Shown piece after piece: positions 9,313 to 18,462 of a stretch of 64,000 nucleotides of DNA (positions within the stretch are counted from its first letter, which is position 1; each line of letters opens with the position of its first letter). The translations under genes and the position numbers were made by a program. Where the stretch lies: NCBI GenBank assembly GCA_900541915.1, contig UQLS01000003.1, positions 104,196 through 168,195 on the forward strand, in the 5' to 3' direction. The notes under the pieces are model-generated. The model was not told the DNA's origin. It saw only the letters and a program-made list of their open reading frames with translations, and made no database searches. This stretch comes from an uncultured Phascolarctobacterium sp. (GTDB lineage: Bacteria; Bacillota; Negativicutes; Acidaminococcales; Acidaminococcaceae).

Positions 9313-10455
9313 CTAGATAATCTTCTGCTCGAAAAATTCAGCAATTTCCTTCTCATTATAACCAAGTTCAGTCAGTATTTCTTTGGTATGCTCACCTAAT
9401 AAGGGAGCACGGCGCCGTACCGAAGCCTGCTGCTCTGAAAATTTAACAGGAGCCCCTACATATCTTATGCTGCCTAAATCGCTGTCTTCCTCTATCAACA
9501 GCTTCTGCTGCTCGGTTAATTCGCTTTGCAGTGCCTCCTGCAAGGAACATACCGGTGTTACGCAAAATTCTTCATCGCCAATAAGCTGCAGCCATTCCTG
9601 CTGAGTATGCTCTGCTATTTTAGCGGCAATAATTTGTTTCATTTCCTGCTCATGGGCAAAGTCATACTGTCTTTCTGTAAGCTCCTCGCACCCAATCAAA
9701 CTGCAGAAGCGCTGCCAAAATTTCGGTTCAATAGTTCCAACTGTTAGGTAACGATTATCTTTCGTACGATAAATATTATAATAATGTGCGGTACGGCCAA
9801 ATTCAGCTGCTCCAGTTTCTTCGCTGCCCCAACGGCTGCTGATGCCTGTTACCTGCATGCTTAGCGCCGTAGCAAAAAGGCTGACATCAAGATGTTGACC
9901 ACTGCCTGTACGTTCACGGGCTAATAAAGCCATACATACAGCACTTAAAGCATTCAAGCCGCTGCCTATGGCAGAAACCTGTACCTCCGGCACACAGGCT
10001 CCGCCGGTATCATCCAAAGAGTTAAGCCCTGCCAGCCCCACTACATTAAGATCATGCGCAGGCTTATGACAATGCTGTCCAAAACCCGTGATAGAGCAAT
10101 AGACTAAGCGTGGATTAAGTGCATGCACTGTTTCATAATCAAGGCCATAACGCGCCAGATATCCGGGTCTGAAACCCTCTAAAAATACATCCGCATCCTG
10201 CAAAAGTTTTAAGAGTATTTCCTGACCCTGCTTTTGACGGATATCTACAGCAAGCCCGCGTTTATTTCTGTTCAGCATCAGATGCCAATAGCTCATCCCA
10301 GGAGCTTTTTCCGGAAAGAAGTTTCTCGTACTGTCTCCCTTTACATCCTCCACCTTGATAACTTCCGCCCCATAATCACCCAGCAGCATCCCGCAATATT
10401 GTCCGGGCAGCCACTTGGAAAAATCTATAACCTTAATACCTTCTAAAGCCTGCAT
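9313..10455 (-). CDS. CoA-transferase family III (CaiB/BaiF-type)
   Basis: N-terminus LEGIKVIDFSKWLPGQYCGMLLGDYGAEVIKVE, typical of family III CoA transferases. Confidence 0.85.
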   Translation of the reverse strand: MQALEGIKVIDFSKWLPGQYCGMLLGDYGAEVIKVEDVKGDSTRNFFPEKAPGMSYWHLMLNRNKRGLAVDIRQKQGQEILLKLLQDADVFLEGFRPGYLARYGLDYETVHALNPRLVYCSITGFGQHCHKPAHDLNVVGLAGLNSLDDTGGACVPEVQVSAIGSGLNALSAVCMALLARERTGSGQHLDVSLFATALSMQVTGISSRWGSEETGAAEFGRTAHYYNIYRTKDNRYLTVGTIEPKFWQRFCSLIGCEELTERQYDFAHEQEMKQIIAAKIAEHTQQEWLQLIGDEEFCVTPVCSLQEALQSELTEQQKLLIEEDSDLGSIRYVGAPVKFSEQQASVRRRAPLLGEHTKEILTELGYNEKEIAEFFEQKII

Positions 10456-10528
10456 AATCTGTACCTCGCCAATTAAAAGTGTTTCTTTTTAAATTCTACA
10501 GAAAATCTTTTTCACCTGCAATTTTTTA

Positions 10529-10557
10529 TTGCACCCCTGCCAGCTAATGCTTATAAT
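10529..10557 (+). promoter_or_regulatory. Near-consensus sigma-70 promoter
   Basis: -35 TTGCAC and -10 TATAAT separated by a 17-nt spacer. Confidence 0.55.
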
Positions 10558-10600
10558 AAAAGTTAAACTATCTTTTACTAATATGAAACGAGGTCTGTCC

Positions 10601-11098
10601 ATGCAGGTACGTAAACTTACTACGGCGGCACTGCTGATTGCCATAGGTACTTTAAGCGCTCATCTGGTCTATATCCCCGCCGGAGTTTCCAAATGCTTTC
10701 CCGTGCAGCATGCTATAAATGTTTTGGCTGCAGTTATTCTGGGCCCTTTTTACAGTACTGCTATAGCTTTCATTATTTCCTGCCTGCGCAATATGCTGGG
10801 CACTGGTTCACTGTTAGCCTTTCCCGGTAGTATGATAGGCGCATTGCTTGCAGGACTGGCTTTTGCCCGTTACCGTAATATTGCTGCAGCAATGGCAGGA
10901 GAAATAATCGGCACCGGCCTGCTGGGCGGATTTGTAGCCTGGATAATAGCTTCTGTCGTGCTTGGCAGCAATGCTGCAGCCTGGTTCTTTATTCCGCCCT
11001 TTCTTGTAAGCACTGTCGGTGGCAGTATTATTGCCGGTCTGCTTATTAAGAGCGGTATTCTTAAACAAAGCCGTCTGAGCGGCGGAACGGATAAATAA
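10601..11098 (+). CDS. thiW: ThiW-like ECF-transporter S component (membrane substrate-capture protein)
   Basis: 165 aa with 5-6 TM segments, ThiW-like. RBS GAGGT before ATG at 10601. The ORF-track start at 10529 is a TTG inside the promoter. Confidence 0.65.
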   Translation: MQVRKLTTAALLIAIGTLSAHLVYIPAGVSKCFPVQHAINVLAAVILGPFYSTAIAFIISCLRNMLGTGSLLAFPGSMIGALLAGLAFARYRNIAAAMAGEIIGTGLLGGFVAWIIASVVLGSNAAAWFFIPPFLVSTVGGSIIAGLLIKSGILKQSRLSGGTDK

Positions 11099-11099
11099 T

Positions 11100-11393
11100 A
11101 TGGACATCGGCATACTGATAAATTATATTCTTTACGCGCTGAGCGGCTTCTGCTTCGGCATCTTTGCTTCCCGCTACAGCGTACTTTCCTGTCTGAGAAT
11201 TAAGGAACGCCTTGCTGCCTCCGGTCTGAGCGGATTAATAACAACACTGCCCCAGATTTTATTTTTGCTGGTCAGCTTTTTTATTTTTCCTGCCTGGTTT
11301 ATCACCCGCACTCCTATCGGAGGCTTTTTCTACTGTGCAATACTGATTTACTTTTTCTCGCAGGGCTACAGAACATATATTAAAAACAGGTGA
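11100..11393 (+). CDS. Small hypothetical membrane protein of 97 aa
   Basis: Two or three TM segments. Its ends overlap the neighbouring genes, so it lies in an operon with the thiW-like and ArsR genes. Confidence 0.4.
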   Translation: MDIGILINYILYALSGFCFGIFASRYSVLSCLRIKERLAASGLSGLITTLPQILFLLVSFFIFPAWFITRTPIGGFFYCAILIYFFSQGYRTYIKNR

Positions 11394-11737
11394 AACCCAT
11401 GACTACTTCTCATCAGCATAATACAACTCTTCCCCTGCCGGGACACGAAAATGAAAAATATATTCTTCCCATGGCAGCCATCTTTAAAGTGCTCAGCGAC
11501 CCTACACGCATTCGCATTCTGGCGCTTTTAGCACATCAGGAACTCTGCGTCAGCTGTATCGCCGAAGCACTGAACATGACTCATTCTGCTATTTCTCATC
11601 AGCTGCGTCTGCTGCGCTCTGCCAATCTGGTAAAATATACCAAGGACGGCAAAGAAGTTATTTACTCGTTGGATGATGAGCATGTATTAACACTCTTCGA
11701 TCAGGCACTTGACCACGTTAAGCATAAAGTAGAGTAA
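11390..11737 (+). CDS. ArsR/SmtB-family metal-sensing transcriptional repressor
   Basis: HTH SHQLRLLRSANLV. An ELCVSC motif sits in the alpha3 metal-site position. Confidence 0.85.
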   Translation: MKPMTTSHQHNTTLPLPGHENEKYILPMAAIFKVLSDPTRIRILALLAHQELCVSCIAEALNMTHSAISHQLRLLRSANLVKYTKDGKEVIYSLDDEHVLTLFDQALDHVKHKVE

Positions 11738-11740
11738 ACA

Positions 11741-11778
11741 AAAAGCTCTTCTGACATCAGTCAGAAGAGCTTTTCTTA
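11741..11778. terminator. Bidirectional terminator
   Basis: AGCTCTTCTGA...TCAGAAGAGCT stem with flanking A- and T-runs. Confidence 0.8.
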
Positions 11779-13269
11779 TTTATTCTCGTTTAACAAGGCA
11801 GCAAAATCTTTATTCAGTTTATTCTCTGCCTCCTGCTGACGTTTAACAGCCGCTTCTGTCCAGGCCTTATTACGCTGCAGCTCTTTATCACACTGCTGCA
11901 GCATTTTAGCCATTTCTGCCGGCTGCGGTCCTCCCTTAACCGCTCTGGCAGCCACAATAGCCGCAGGATCAAGAGCTGCTTTAAATTCAGCTCTAGTCAG
12001 AGGCAGCATCGCCGGCAAGCTTTTATCCTTAGCCGCCAGCTGCAGATATATCTTCTGTGCCTCTTCGTAAGAAAAATCTGAAGGCGGGATATTATTCTTA
12101 CGGGCATAAGTTACTATTTCAGAAGCAAAGTGATGTCCAGTTCGGAAAGGAATCTGATATTTACGCATCATCAAATCGGCAATTTCCTGTGAACAGGTCC
12201 AGTCCAGATTAAGTTCTGCCAGGCTGCGCTCAGGATCAATAACCAAAGCCTGTAAAATATGATCAAAATCACGCACAAGCTTAGCTGCATCCTTCAATAA
12301 TGTTTCCGCCCCGGTCCTGCCATCCGGCATGCCAGCCGGAATATTATGAGCTCTGAACAATACCGTTGTTCCATCTCCCAACAGCATGGAAGCATCTCTT
12401 CTTGCATTATTTAAAATACCAGGATTACGTTTTTGCGGCATGGCACTGGAAACATAAGTGTTGCCGCCGCCCTCACGCAAAATTATCCATGGACGCGGCT
12501 GCGCATATTGCTGCATAATTTCTTCAATAAAACTGCCGATATGCAGCGCGATATTATTTGTTACCGCAGCTGCATCCGCCGCATTTTCAGAAGTATAAAT
12601 CTGTCCAGCATCGTAAGTATTATAGGCAATACTGTCAAAGCCCAGATAACCTGCTATTCTATCCCTGTCAAGCGGCCAGCCGGTGCCGTTCAGTACTGTA
12701 GCTCCCATCGGCGAACGATTAAGTCTGCCATAATATTGCTGTAATCTTTGCGCATCACGCCCAAATGCATACGCATAGCCGAGCAGATAATGTCCCAGGC
12801 TGTTAGGCTGTGCTGCCACACCATTGGTATAGTTGGGAATAATAGTCGCTTGCTGCTGAGCAGCAAGTTTCAATAAAGTTGTCTGCATATCGTCCAGCGC
12901 TGCCGCAAGCTCCAGAGCCTGCTCGCGGCTCATGGCAAAATTCACTGTGCTCAGCATATCCTGACTGGAACGTCCTGCATGCAGCATGGTAATTTCTTCG
13001 CTGCCATAAGTCTTAATCAGCAAGGGTTCAAAAGTAATTACCAAATTAGGGCGTGCACCGCCATTATCTCCGTCCTGCAAAACCTGTGCAATACTTTTGG
13101 CAAAGCCTTGCCCCTGTTCTTTAGTCAGCAGACCTTGCTGCGTATTTATAACTGCTGTAGCCTTATTAATCTGTCCCAGCCAGTAAAAGTTGTCTTTTTC
13201 TGCTGCTTCTGCAGTCACAGCATTCATTGCCAACATTGCCAGAAATGCCAATATTCCAAACTTTTTCAT
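11776..13269 (-). CDS. Secreted lyase class I (fumarase/argininosuccinate-lyase superfamily) protein with a signal peptide and a C-terminal coiled-coil tail
   Basis: Motifs GRSSQD, PNYTNGVAAQP and SSAMPQKRNP align to the ArgH motifs GRSRND, PGYTHLQRAQP and SSLMPQKKNP. Signal peptide MKKFGILAFLAMLAMNAVTAEA. Its ATG overlaps the stop of the upstream SBP gene (TAATG). Confidence 0.8.
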   Translation of the reverse strand: MKKFGILAFLAMLAMNAVTAEAAEKDNFYWLGQINKATAVINTQQGLLTKEQGQGFAKSIAQVLQDGDNGGARPNLVITFEPLLIKTYGSEEITMLHAGRSSQDMLSTVNFAMSREQALELAAALDDMQTTLLKLAAQQQATIIPNYTNGVAAQPNSLGHYLLGYAYAFGRDAQRLQQYYGRLNRSPMGATVLNGTGWPLDRDRIAGYLGFDSIAYNTYDAGQIYTSENAADAAAVTNNIALHIGSFIEEIMQQYAQPRPWIILREGGGNTYVSSAMPQKRNPGILNNARRDASMLLGDGTTVLFRAHNIPAGMPDGRTGAETLLKDAAKLVRDFDHILQALVIDPERSLAELNLDWTCSQEIADLMMRKYQIPFRTGHHFASEIVTYARKNNIPPSDFSYEEAQKIYLQLAAKDKSLPAMLPLTRAEFKAALDPAAIVAARAVKGGPQPAEMAKMLQQCDKELQRNKAWTEAAVKRQQEAENKLNKDFAALLNENK

Positions 13270-14282
13270 TAGCCAGCCTCCTCTGCACCTGCACTTAGCC
13301 ACTGCCTGATAATTTCATTTTTCTCTATTGCTGTCCAGCTTAAATCATCAACCGGTACCCGTACATTTCCTAAAAGCTCTTTCCGCAGATTATTATGCGG
13401 ATAATCCTTTACATGCCATAAATACTGGTAGCCATTATTATTCAGCACCTGCAGGCTGTCATCACTCATTAAATAATCTATAAAGCGGCAAGCCTCCTGC
13501 TGCTGTTTGCTGCCGTTAATAACTGCAGCACCGGTGAGCAGATTTCTGTTAGCATCTTCTACTACAGTAGCAAACAGGTGATTATAACGCTCTTCCAATT
13601 TTAATGCATAGCGCAGCGGCAAAACCGCTACAGTCTTGCGGCCCGTATAAACCATATCCACCGCATCACTGATATGGTCGGTATATGTAACCTGCTGCTT
13701 ATTAAGCTCAGCAGCATATTGCAGCGCCTGCTGACGTCCGCGCAGCTGCCAGATAGAAGTTAACAGTCCGTAGCTTGCACCGCCATAGATATAATCAGGA
13801 ATAACTATTTCACCGCGCAGCTGCGGCTTTAAAAGCTCTGTGCAGGTATCAGGTGCATACAATCCCAGTTCATGCAGTCTGTCCTTATTGCTGATAAAAG
13901 CAACGTATTCAAGATACAAACTGGTCCAGTATCCCTCTTTGCTGCGCATAGCTGCCGGTACTTTATAAGCTTCCTTAGTAAGATACGGCTGCAGTAAATT
14001 TTGCTGGCTGGCAAGATAATATTCTTCCACAGTACCGCCAAGCCAACAATCTACATTATTCTTTCTTATAAACTCTATACGTTCGTTAAAGGAACCGGCA
14101 GGCAAACGTATTATCTTAACCTTAATACCCGTCTTATTTGTAAAATCATCTGCTAAAACAGCAGTAGCCTTACTTTCCATACTGCTGCAGACAGTTATCT
14201 CTGCTTTCTGCTTCTGCTGCTGTTGGCAGCCGGAAAGCAATAAGCTCATAAGCAGGATTACTGCTATAAAAACTCTGTGCAT
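13269..14282 (-). CDS. ABC-type periplasmic solute-binding lipoprotein (PBP2 fold, Fe3+/thiamine/polyamine-like)
   Basis: Lipobox LLSGC. RBS AAGGTGG before ATG at 14282. No cognate permease or ATPase genes are adjacent. Confidence 0.75.
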   Translation of the reverse strand: MHRVFIAVILLMSLLLSGCQQQQKQKAEITVCSSMESKATAVLADDFTNKTGIKVKIIRLPAGSFNERIEFIRKNNVDCWLGGTVEEYYLASQQNLLQPYLTKEAYKVPAAMRSKEGYWTSLYLEYVAFISNKDRLHELGLYAPDTCTELLKPQLRGEIVIPDYIYGGASYGLLTSIWQLRGRQQALQYAAELNKQQVTYTDHISDAVDMVYTGRKTVAVLPLRYALKLEERYNHLFATVVEDANRNLLTGAAVINGSKQQQEACRFIDYLMSDDSLQVLNNNGYQYLWHVKDYPHNNLRKELLGNVRVPVDDLSWTAIEKNEIIRQWLSAGAEEAG

Positions 14283-14341
14283 CTTCTTCCACCTTTCTGC
14301 TTTCATTATAGCATATTAAGATGCAACTGCTTGCTGCAACA

Positions 14342-14689
14342 TTATTCGCATAAAGGATTAGTCAGTTCAAATCTGTCATCCATATGCTCACTGCCCCAGC
14401 TGCACATCATTTCCAATAACGGCTCCAGGCTTTTACCCTTTTCCGTTAAGTAGTATTCTACTTTGGGAGGTACCTGAGCATATACTTTACGTTCAATAAG
14501 TCCGTCTGCTTCCAGCTCACGCAGCTGATTAGTCAAGGTACGCTGAGAAACTGTCCCTATTTCACGCTGCAGCTCATTAAATCTTTTTCCCGGTGCAGCT
14601 AAAAGAGAGGCAAGCAGCAAAGGCTTATATTTTCCGCCAATAAGCTTAATGGTTACTTCCATTTCGCAGATTACCTTAATTTTCTCCAT
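14342..14689 (-). CDS. HxlR-family winged-helix transcriptional regulator
   Basis: HxlR-type HTH (...RFNELQREIGTVSQRTLTNQLRELEADGLIER). Confidence 0.8.
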   Translation of the reverse strand: MEKIKVICEMEVTIKLIGGKYKPLLLASLLAAPGKRFNELQREIGTVSQRTLTNQLRELEADGLIERKVYAQVPPKVEYYLTEKGKSLEPLLEMMCSWGSEHMDDRFELTNPLCE

Positions 14690-14826
14690 TTTATCCTCCT
14701 AAGTGCACTTTTTTTCACTTACAGCCAAAAAACTGCGTTCTTGTACAGCCTTCTGTAATAATTATAATTATATAGAGATTATAAATCCTGTACTAATTTT
14801 TGTAAAATAAGAAAGAAGGTTATAAG

Positions 14827-15549
14827 ATGCTTAAAGAATTAGTAGTTATTACAGGCGCCAGCTCCGGTATCGGCAGTCAATTAGCCCGTCGTTTTTCCGC
14901 AGCCGGACATCCTTTGCTTTTGCTGGCAAGAAGACTGAAGCCTATGAAGGAACTCAATTTGCCTAACAGTATCTGCATTTCTGCAGATGTTACCAATCCT
15001 GAAGCTGTAACGAATGCTATCCGCCAGGCGGAAGCAGAATACGGCAAAACAGACTTACTCATCAACTGTGCCGGAGTTATGCTTTTAGGACATCCTGACC
15101 GCCAGCTGTATACTGAATGGGAGCAGATGATTGACGTCAACATCAAAGGCATCCTCACTAGTACGCAGGCTGTACTGCCGGACATGCTGGAACGCAATCA
15201 TGGCACGATTATCAATATCAGCTCCATAGCGGGACGCAAAACCTTTGATAATCATGCTGTTTACTGCGGCACTAAATTTGCTGTACATGCTATTACAGAA
15301 AATATGCGCAAAGAAATTGCCGATAAAAACGTACGTCTTATTGTACTGGCTCCCGGCGTAGTGGAAACACCGCTTTTAAGCCATACCAGCGATGAAGGAA
15401 TAAAAAGCGATTACAATCAGTGGAAAGAAACCATTAACGGCGGACTTGATGCTGATAAAATTGCCGATTGTGCTCTTTTTGCTTACCAAATGCCGCAGGA
15501 AGTCTGCATACGTGAAATCGTTATTGCCAAAACTAAACAGGCAGATTAA
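14827..15549 (+). CDS. SDR-family short-chain dehydrogenase/reductase
   Basis: TGASSGIG cofactor motif and a YxxxK catalytic dyad. It is divergent from the HxlR gene. Confidence 0.85.
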   Translation: MLKELVVITGASSGIGSQLARRFSAAGHPLLLLARRLKPMKELNLPNSICISADVTNPEAVTNAIRQAEAEYGKTDLLINCAGVMLLGHPDRQLYTEWEQMIDVNIKGILTSTQAVLPDMLERNHGTIINISSIAGRKTFDNHAVYCGTKFAVHAITENMRKEIADKNVRLIVLAPGVVETPLLSHTSDEGIKSDYNQWKETINGGLDADKIADCALFAYQMPQEVCIREIVIAKTKQAD

Positions 15550-15592
15550 AAAAATCCGTCAAGATATTTTAATATCTTGACGGATTTTTTAT
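15549..15592. terminator. Bidirectional terminator
   Basis: 18-bp stem AAAATCCGTCAAGATATT / AATATCTTGACGGATTTT. Confidence 0.85.
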
Positions 15593-15598
15593 TAATCA

Positions 15599-16645
15599 TT
15601 AATCACGGTCAAAAACCATAACCTGTTCAAAGTCCAGATATACGGTATCTCCATCTTTGAATTTATGCAGATCAGCGCCTTTTTCAATAACGCGTACGTT
15701 ATGGTCTCCCACCTGAATACGATAATCAACAGCGTCACCCAGATAGAAACGATGGGTAAGTACACCTTTAATCAGACCGCCGCTCAGAGACATAGTGATA
15801 TTTTCCGGACGAACGGCAATAATTGCATCGCCGCTGACATTAGCAGAGTTAGCAAAGGAAATGTCCGTACCTTTAATAAATACACGATCACCTTTAGCTT
15901 CACCGTCCATGAAGTTAACCAGACCGATAAAGTCTGCTACCATCTTATTAGCCGGAGTAGTATAAATTTCATGGGGAGCACCAATCTGCTGTACAACGCC
16001 TTTGCTCATAACCACGACACGGTCGCTCATTGCCATGGCTTCGCTCTGGTCATGGGTTACATAGACAACGGTAATACCAAGCTTTTTCTGAATGGACAGA
16101 ATTTCAAAACGCATGCTTTCACGCAGCTTAGCATCCAGGTTAGACAAAGGTTCGTCAAGCAAGAGCAGTCCAGGCTGAGCTACCAGCGCACGTGCCAATG
16201 CAACACGCTGCTGCTGACCGCCGGAAAGCTGATGCGGATAACGTTTGCCATATTCACCCAAATGCACCAGTTCCAACATTTCCTGCACACGCTGCATTCT
16301 TTCTTCTTTGGGAACTTTCTGGATTTTCAGCGGATAGGCTACGTTTTCTTCTACTGTCATATGCGGCCATACTGCATAGGATTGGAATACCATGCCGATA
16401 TCGCGTTTTTCCGGCGGAGTGAAGCTGCCTTTGATGGAAGAGCTTACACAGGCATCACCAATATAGATTTCACCTTCCGTTGCACGTTCAAAGCCGGCAA
16501 TCATACGCAGAGTAGTAGTCTTGCCGCAGCCGGAAGGACCAAGGATGGAAACAAATTCACCATCTTTTACAACCAGGTGAAAATCATTAACAGCAGTTAC
16601 TTTGCCAAATCTTTTATAAACATGTTCAATACGTACTTCAGACAT
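15599..16645 (-). CDS. ABC transporter ATP-binding protein (FbpC/PotA-like)
   Basis: Walker A GPSGCGKTT and LSGGQQQR signature. A C-terminal TOBE-like domain is present. Confidence 0.9.
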   Translation of the reverse strand: MSEVRIEHVYKRFGKVTAVNDFHLVVKDGEFVSILGPSGCGKTTTLRMIAGFERATEGEIYIGDACVSSSIKGSFTPPEKRDIGMVFQSYAVWPHMTVEENVAYPLKIQKVPKEERMQRVQEMLELVHLGEYGKRYPHQLSGGQQQRVALARALVAQPGLLLLDEPLSNLDAKLRESMRFEILSIQKKLGITVVYVTHDQSEAMAMSDRVVVMSKGVVQQIGAPHEIYTTPANKMVADFIGLVNFMDGEAKGDRVFIKGTDISFANSANVSGDAIIAVRPENITMSLSGGLIKGVLTHRFYLGDAVDYRIQVGDHNVRVIEKGADLHKFKDGDTVYLDFEQVMVFDRD

Positions 16646-16661
16646 TGATTACACTCCTTCG

Positions 16662-18329
16662 TTAAATACCAACATTACCCTTACTCAGTTTATTAAGAAT
16701 CAGATTGCCAATCAATACGATAGCCAAAATAATTACCGACAGTACGGAAGCATTCTGAGTATCAGCATAGGTCTGCAGTTCATACAGCAATACACCGATA
16801 GTCTTGGTATCACTGCCGTACAGAAGCAATGACATGGTCAGTTCGTAGAAAGACGGCATAAAAATCAGGAACCAGCCGGCAATAATTGACGGAGCAATAA
16901 GCGGCATAATAATGTCCTTGCAGCATCTCAGCCAGTTAGCACCAGAATTAAGCGCCGCTTCTTCCAGGGAAATATGAACCTGACTCAGAGAAGCAGCAAT
17001 GGTACGTACGGACATAGTCATATATTTTACCAGATAGCTGACTACCAGTATCCACATAGTTGAATACAGGTTCAGACCGAAGTTGCCGGAGAAAGTAACA
17101 ACCAATGCCAGAGCAATAACGATACTAGGAGTACTGCCGCCGATAACAGTCAGCAGGTCAGGAATGCTGCGTCCTTTAACATGAGTCTTAACCGCCAGAT
17201 ACGCAACGAACAGAGAAAGCAAAGTACCGATAGTAGCAGCAATAACTGCATAAATAACGGAGTTCCAAATGCTTTCCATGTACTGAGAGCTGCTGATAAC
17301 AGGAATCCAGGCATCAAAACCCAGGTTGGAAAGAGTAATCGGTTTAGACATACTCTTAATCAGAGAGGTAATGACGATAGAGCCTAAAGGAATAATTACA
17401 GAAATCATGCTGTAAGCACCTACGGCGCAGAAAGCAGGCCATTTCCATTTTCCCAGCTCAACAATATTAGGACGAGTGCTCTTGCCGCTGATAGTAGTAT
17501 AGTCCTTACGTCCTACAATCCAGGTCATGAAGAACAGCAGGAAGTTTGCTAAGAACATCAGAGATGCAGCCAAAGCAGTAGCATCGCGGACACCATCAAC
17601 GTCACCCATGTAAATATAAGTTACGATACGGGTAGTCATAACTTCTATGTTACCAGGCATACCAACGATAGCAGGAATACCGAAGCAGCTGCCTGCGGCA
17701 ATAAATACCAGGAGTCCACCGGCAAAAATACTGGGAGCCATCAAAGGCAGGGTAACATCAAGCAGAGTGCGCAGCGGTGAAGCACCGGAAACTCTGGCAG
17801 CTTCCTCCAAAGTCGGGTCCATTTTCTCCATTGCGCGGGAAATAGTGATAAACGCAAAGGGAGAATAAAATAATGTTAATACCCATGCTAAGCCGCCAGT
17901 AGTATAAATATCAAAAGGAGCCTGCTGCAAGCCAAACATCCACTTGAAAATATTGTTCATATAGCCAACACTGGGATTAAGCAGCTGTACCCACGCAATA
18001 GCACCTACATAGGGCGGAATCATATAGCTGGAAACCAAAAGGGTACGATAAGCCTTCTTGCCGGGCATATCAGTACGGCCAACCAGCCAGGCCAGCGGGA
18101 ATGTAATAATAACGCTGGCAACCATAACCAACAAAGACAGATTGATAGTATTGGTCAAAGCACGCCAGTTAACATCCTGACTGTATACGTTACGATAGTT
18201 TTCAAAATTGATGCTGCCATTATAGATAATGCTGTCATAAAGCAGCACACCCATCGGGAATATTACAAAATATATCAGCATCAATACAGAAAACGCAATG
18301 ACTAAGAATTTGCTGTTAATTCTTCCCAT
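16662..18329 (-). CDS. Fused two-domain ABC permease (FbpB/ThiP-like)
   Basis: 555 aa with about 12 TM segments and two permease repeats. Confidence 0.85.
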   Translation of the reverse strand: MGRINSKFLVIAFSVLMLIYFVIFPMGVLLYDSIIYNGSINFENYRNVYSQDVNWRALTNTINLSLLVMVASVIITFPLAWLVGRTDMPGKKAYRTLLVSSYMIPPYVGAIAWVQLLNPSVGYMNNIFKWMFGLQQAPFDIYTTGGLAWVLTLFYSPFAFITISRAMEKMDPTLEEAARVSGASPLRTLLDVTLPLMAPSIFAGGLLVFIAAGSCFGIPAIVGMPGNIEVMTTRIVTYIYMGDVDGVRDATALAASLMFLANFLLFFMTWIVGRKDYTTISGKSTRPNIVELGKWKWPAFCAVGAYSMISVIIPLGSIVITSLIKSMSKPITLSNLGFDAWIPVISSSQYMESIWNSVIYAVIAATIGTLLSLFVAYLAVKTHVKGRSIPDLLTVIGGSTPSIVIALALVVTFSGNFGLNLYSTMWILVVSYLVKYMTMSVRTIAASLSQVHISLEEAALNSGANWLRCCKDIIMPLIAPSIIAGWFLIFMPSFYELTMSLLLYGSDTKTIGVLLYELQTYADTQNASVLSVIILAIVLIGNLILNKLSKGNVGI

Positions 18330-18379
18330 AAAGTAAAAAATACTCCTTTCTGCATATAAAAACCGGAGAAAAATAGATA

Positions 18380-18420
18380 CTTTTATAACGCAGGAAAAAC
18401 AGGGAACGTATAAACGCCCC
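18380..18420 (-). promoter_or_regulatory. Intergenic hairpin plus T-run between the SBP and permease genes, a possible partial terminator or attenuator
   Basis: On the minus strand, CAGGGGCG...TTCCCTG is followed by TTTTT. Confidence 0.35.
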
Positions 18421-18462
18421 TGTTTTTCGCCATACTACCTAATTTTTATAATTTTCGGCAGC

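Noticed and set aside
10456-10600. Expected TPP riboswitch upstream of the thiW-like gene
   Set aside because: No CTGAGA / ACCTGATCTGGATAATGCCAGCG-type thi-box elements are visible. The region holds only a clean -35/-10 promoter and the RBS.
11776-13302. Upstream extension MAKCRCRGGWL of the lyase ORF
   Set aside because: That stretch overlaps the 3' end of the SBP gene. The ATG at 13269 gives a canonical signal peptide and a TAATG coupling junction.
15665-16648. Long antisense ORF (327 aa) opposite the ABC ATPase gene. Similar shadow ORFs lie at 37392..38561, 45762..47033, 56363..57238, 61523..62353 and 26780..27586
   Set aside because: Each lies opposite a gene with strong, motif-level homology on the other strand. 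Their translations are low-complexity, with no RBS or recognisable domains. They are typical shadow ORFs.
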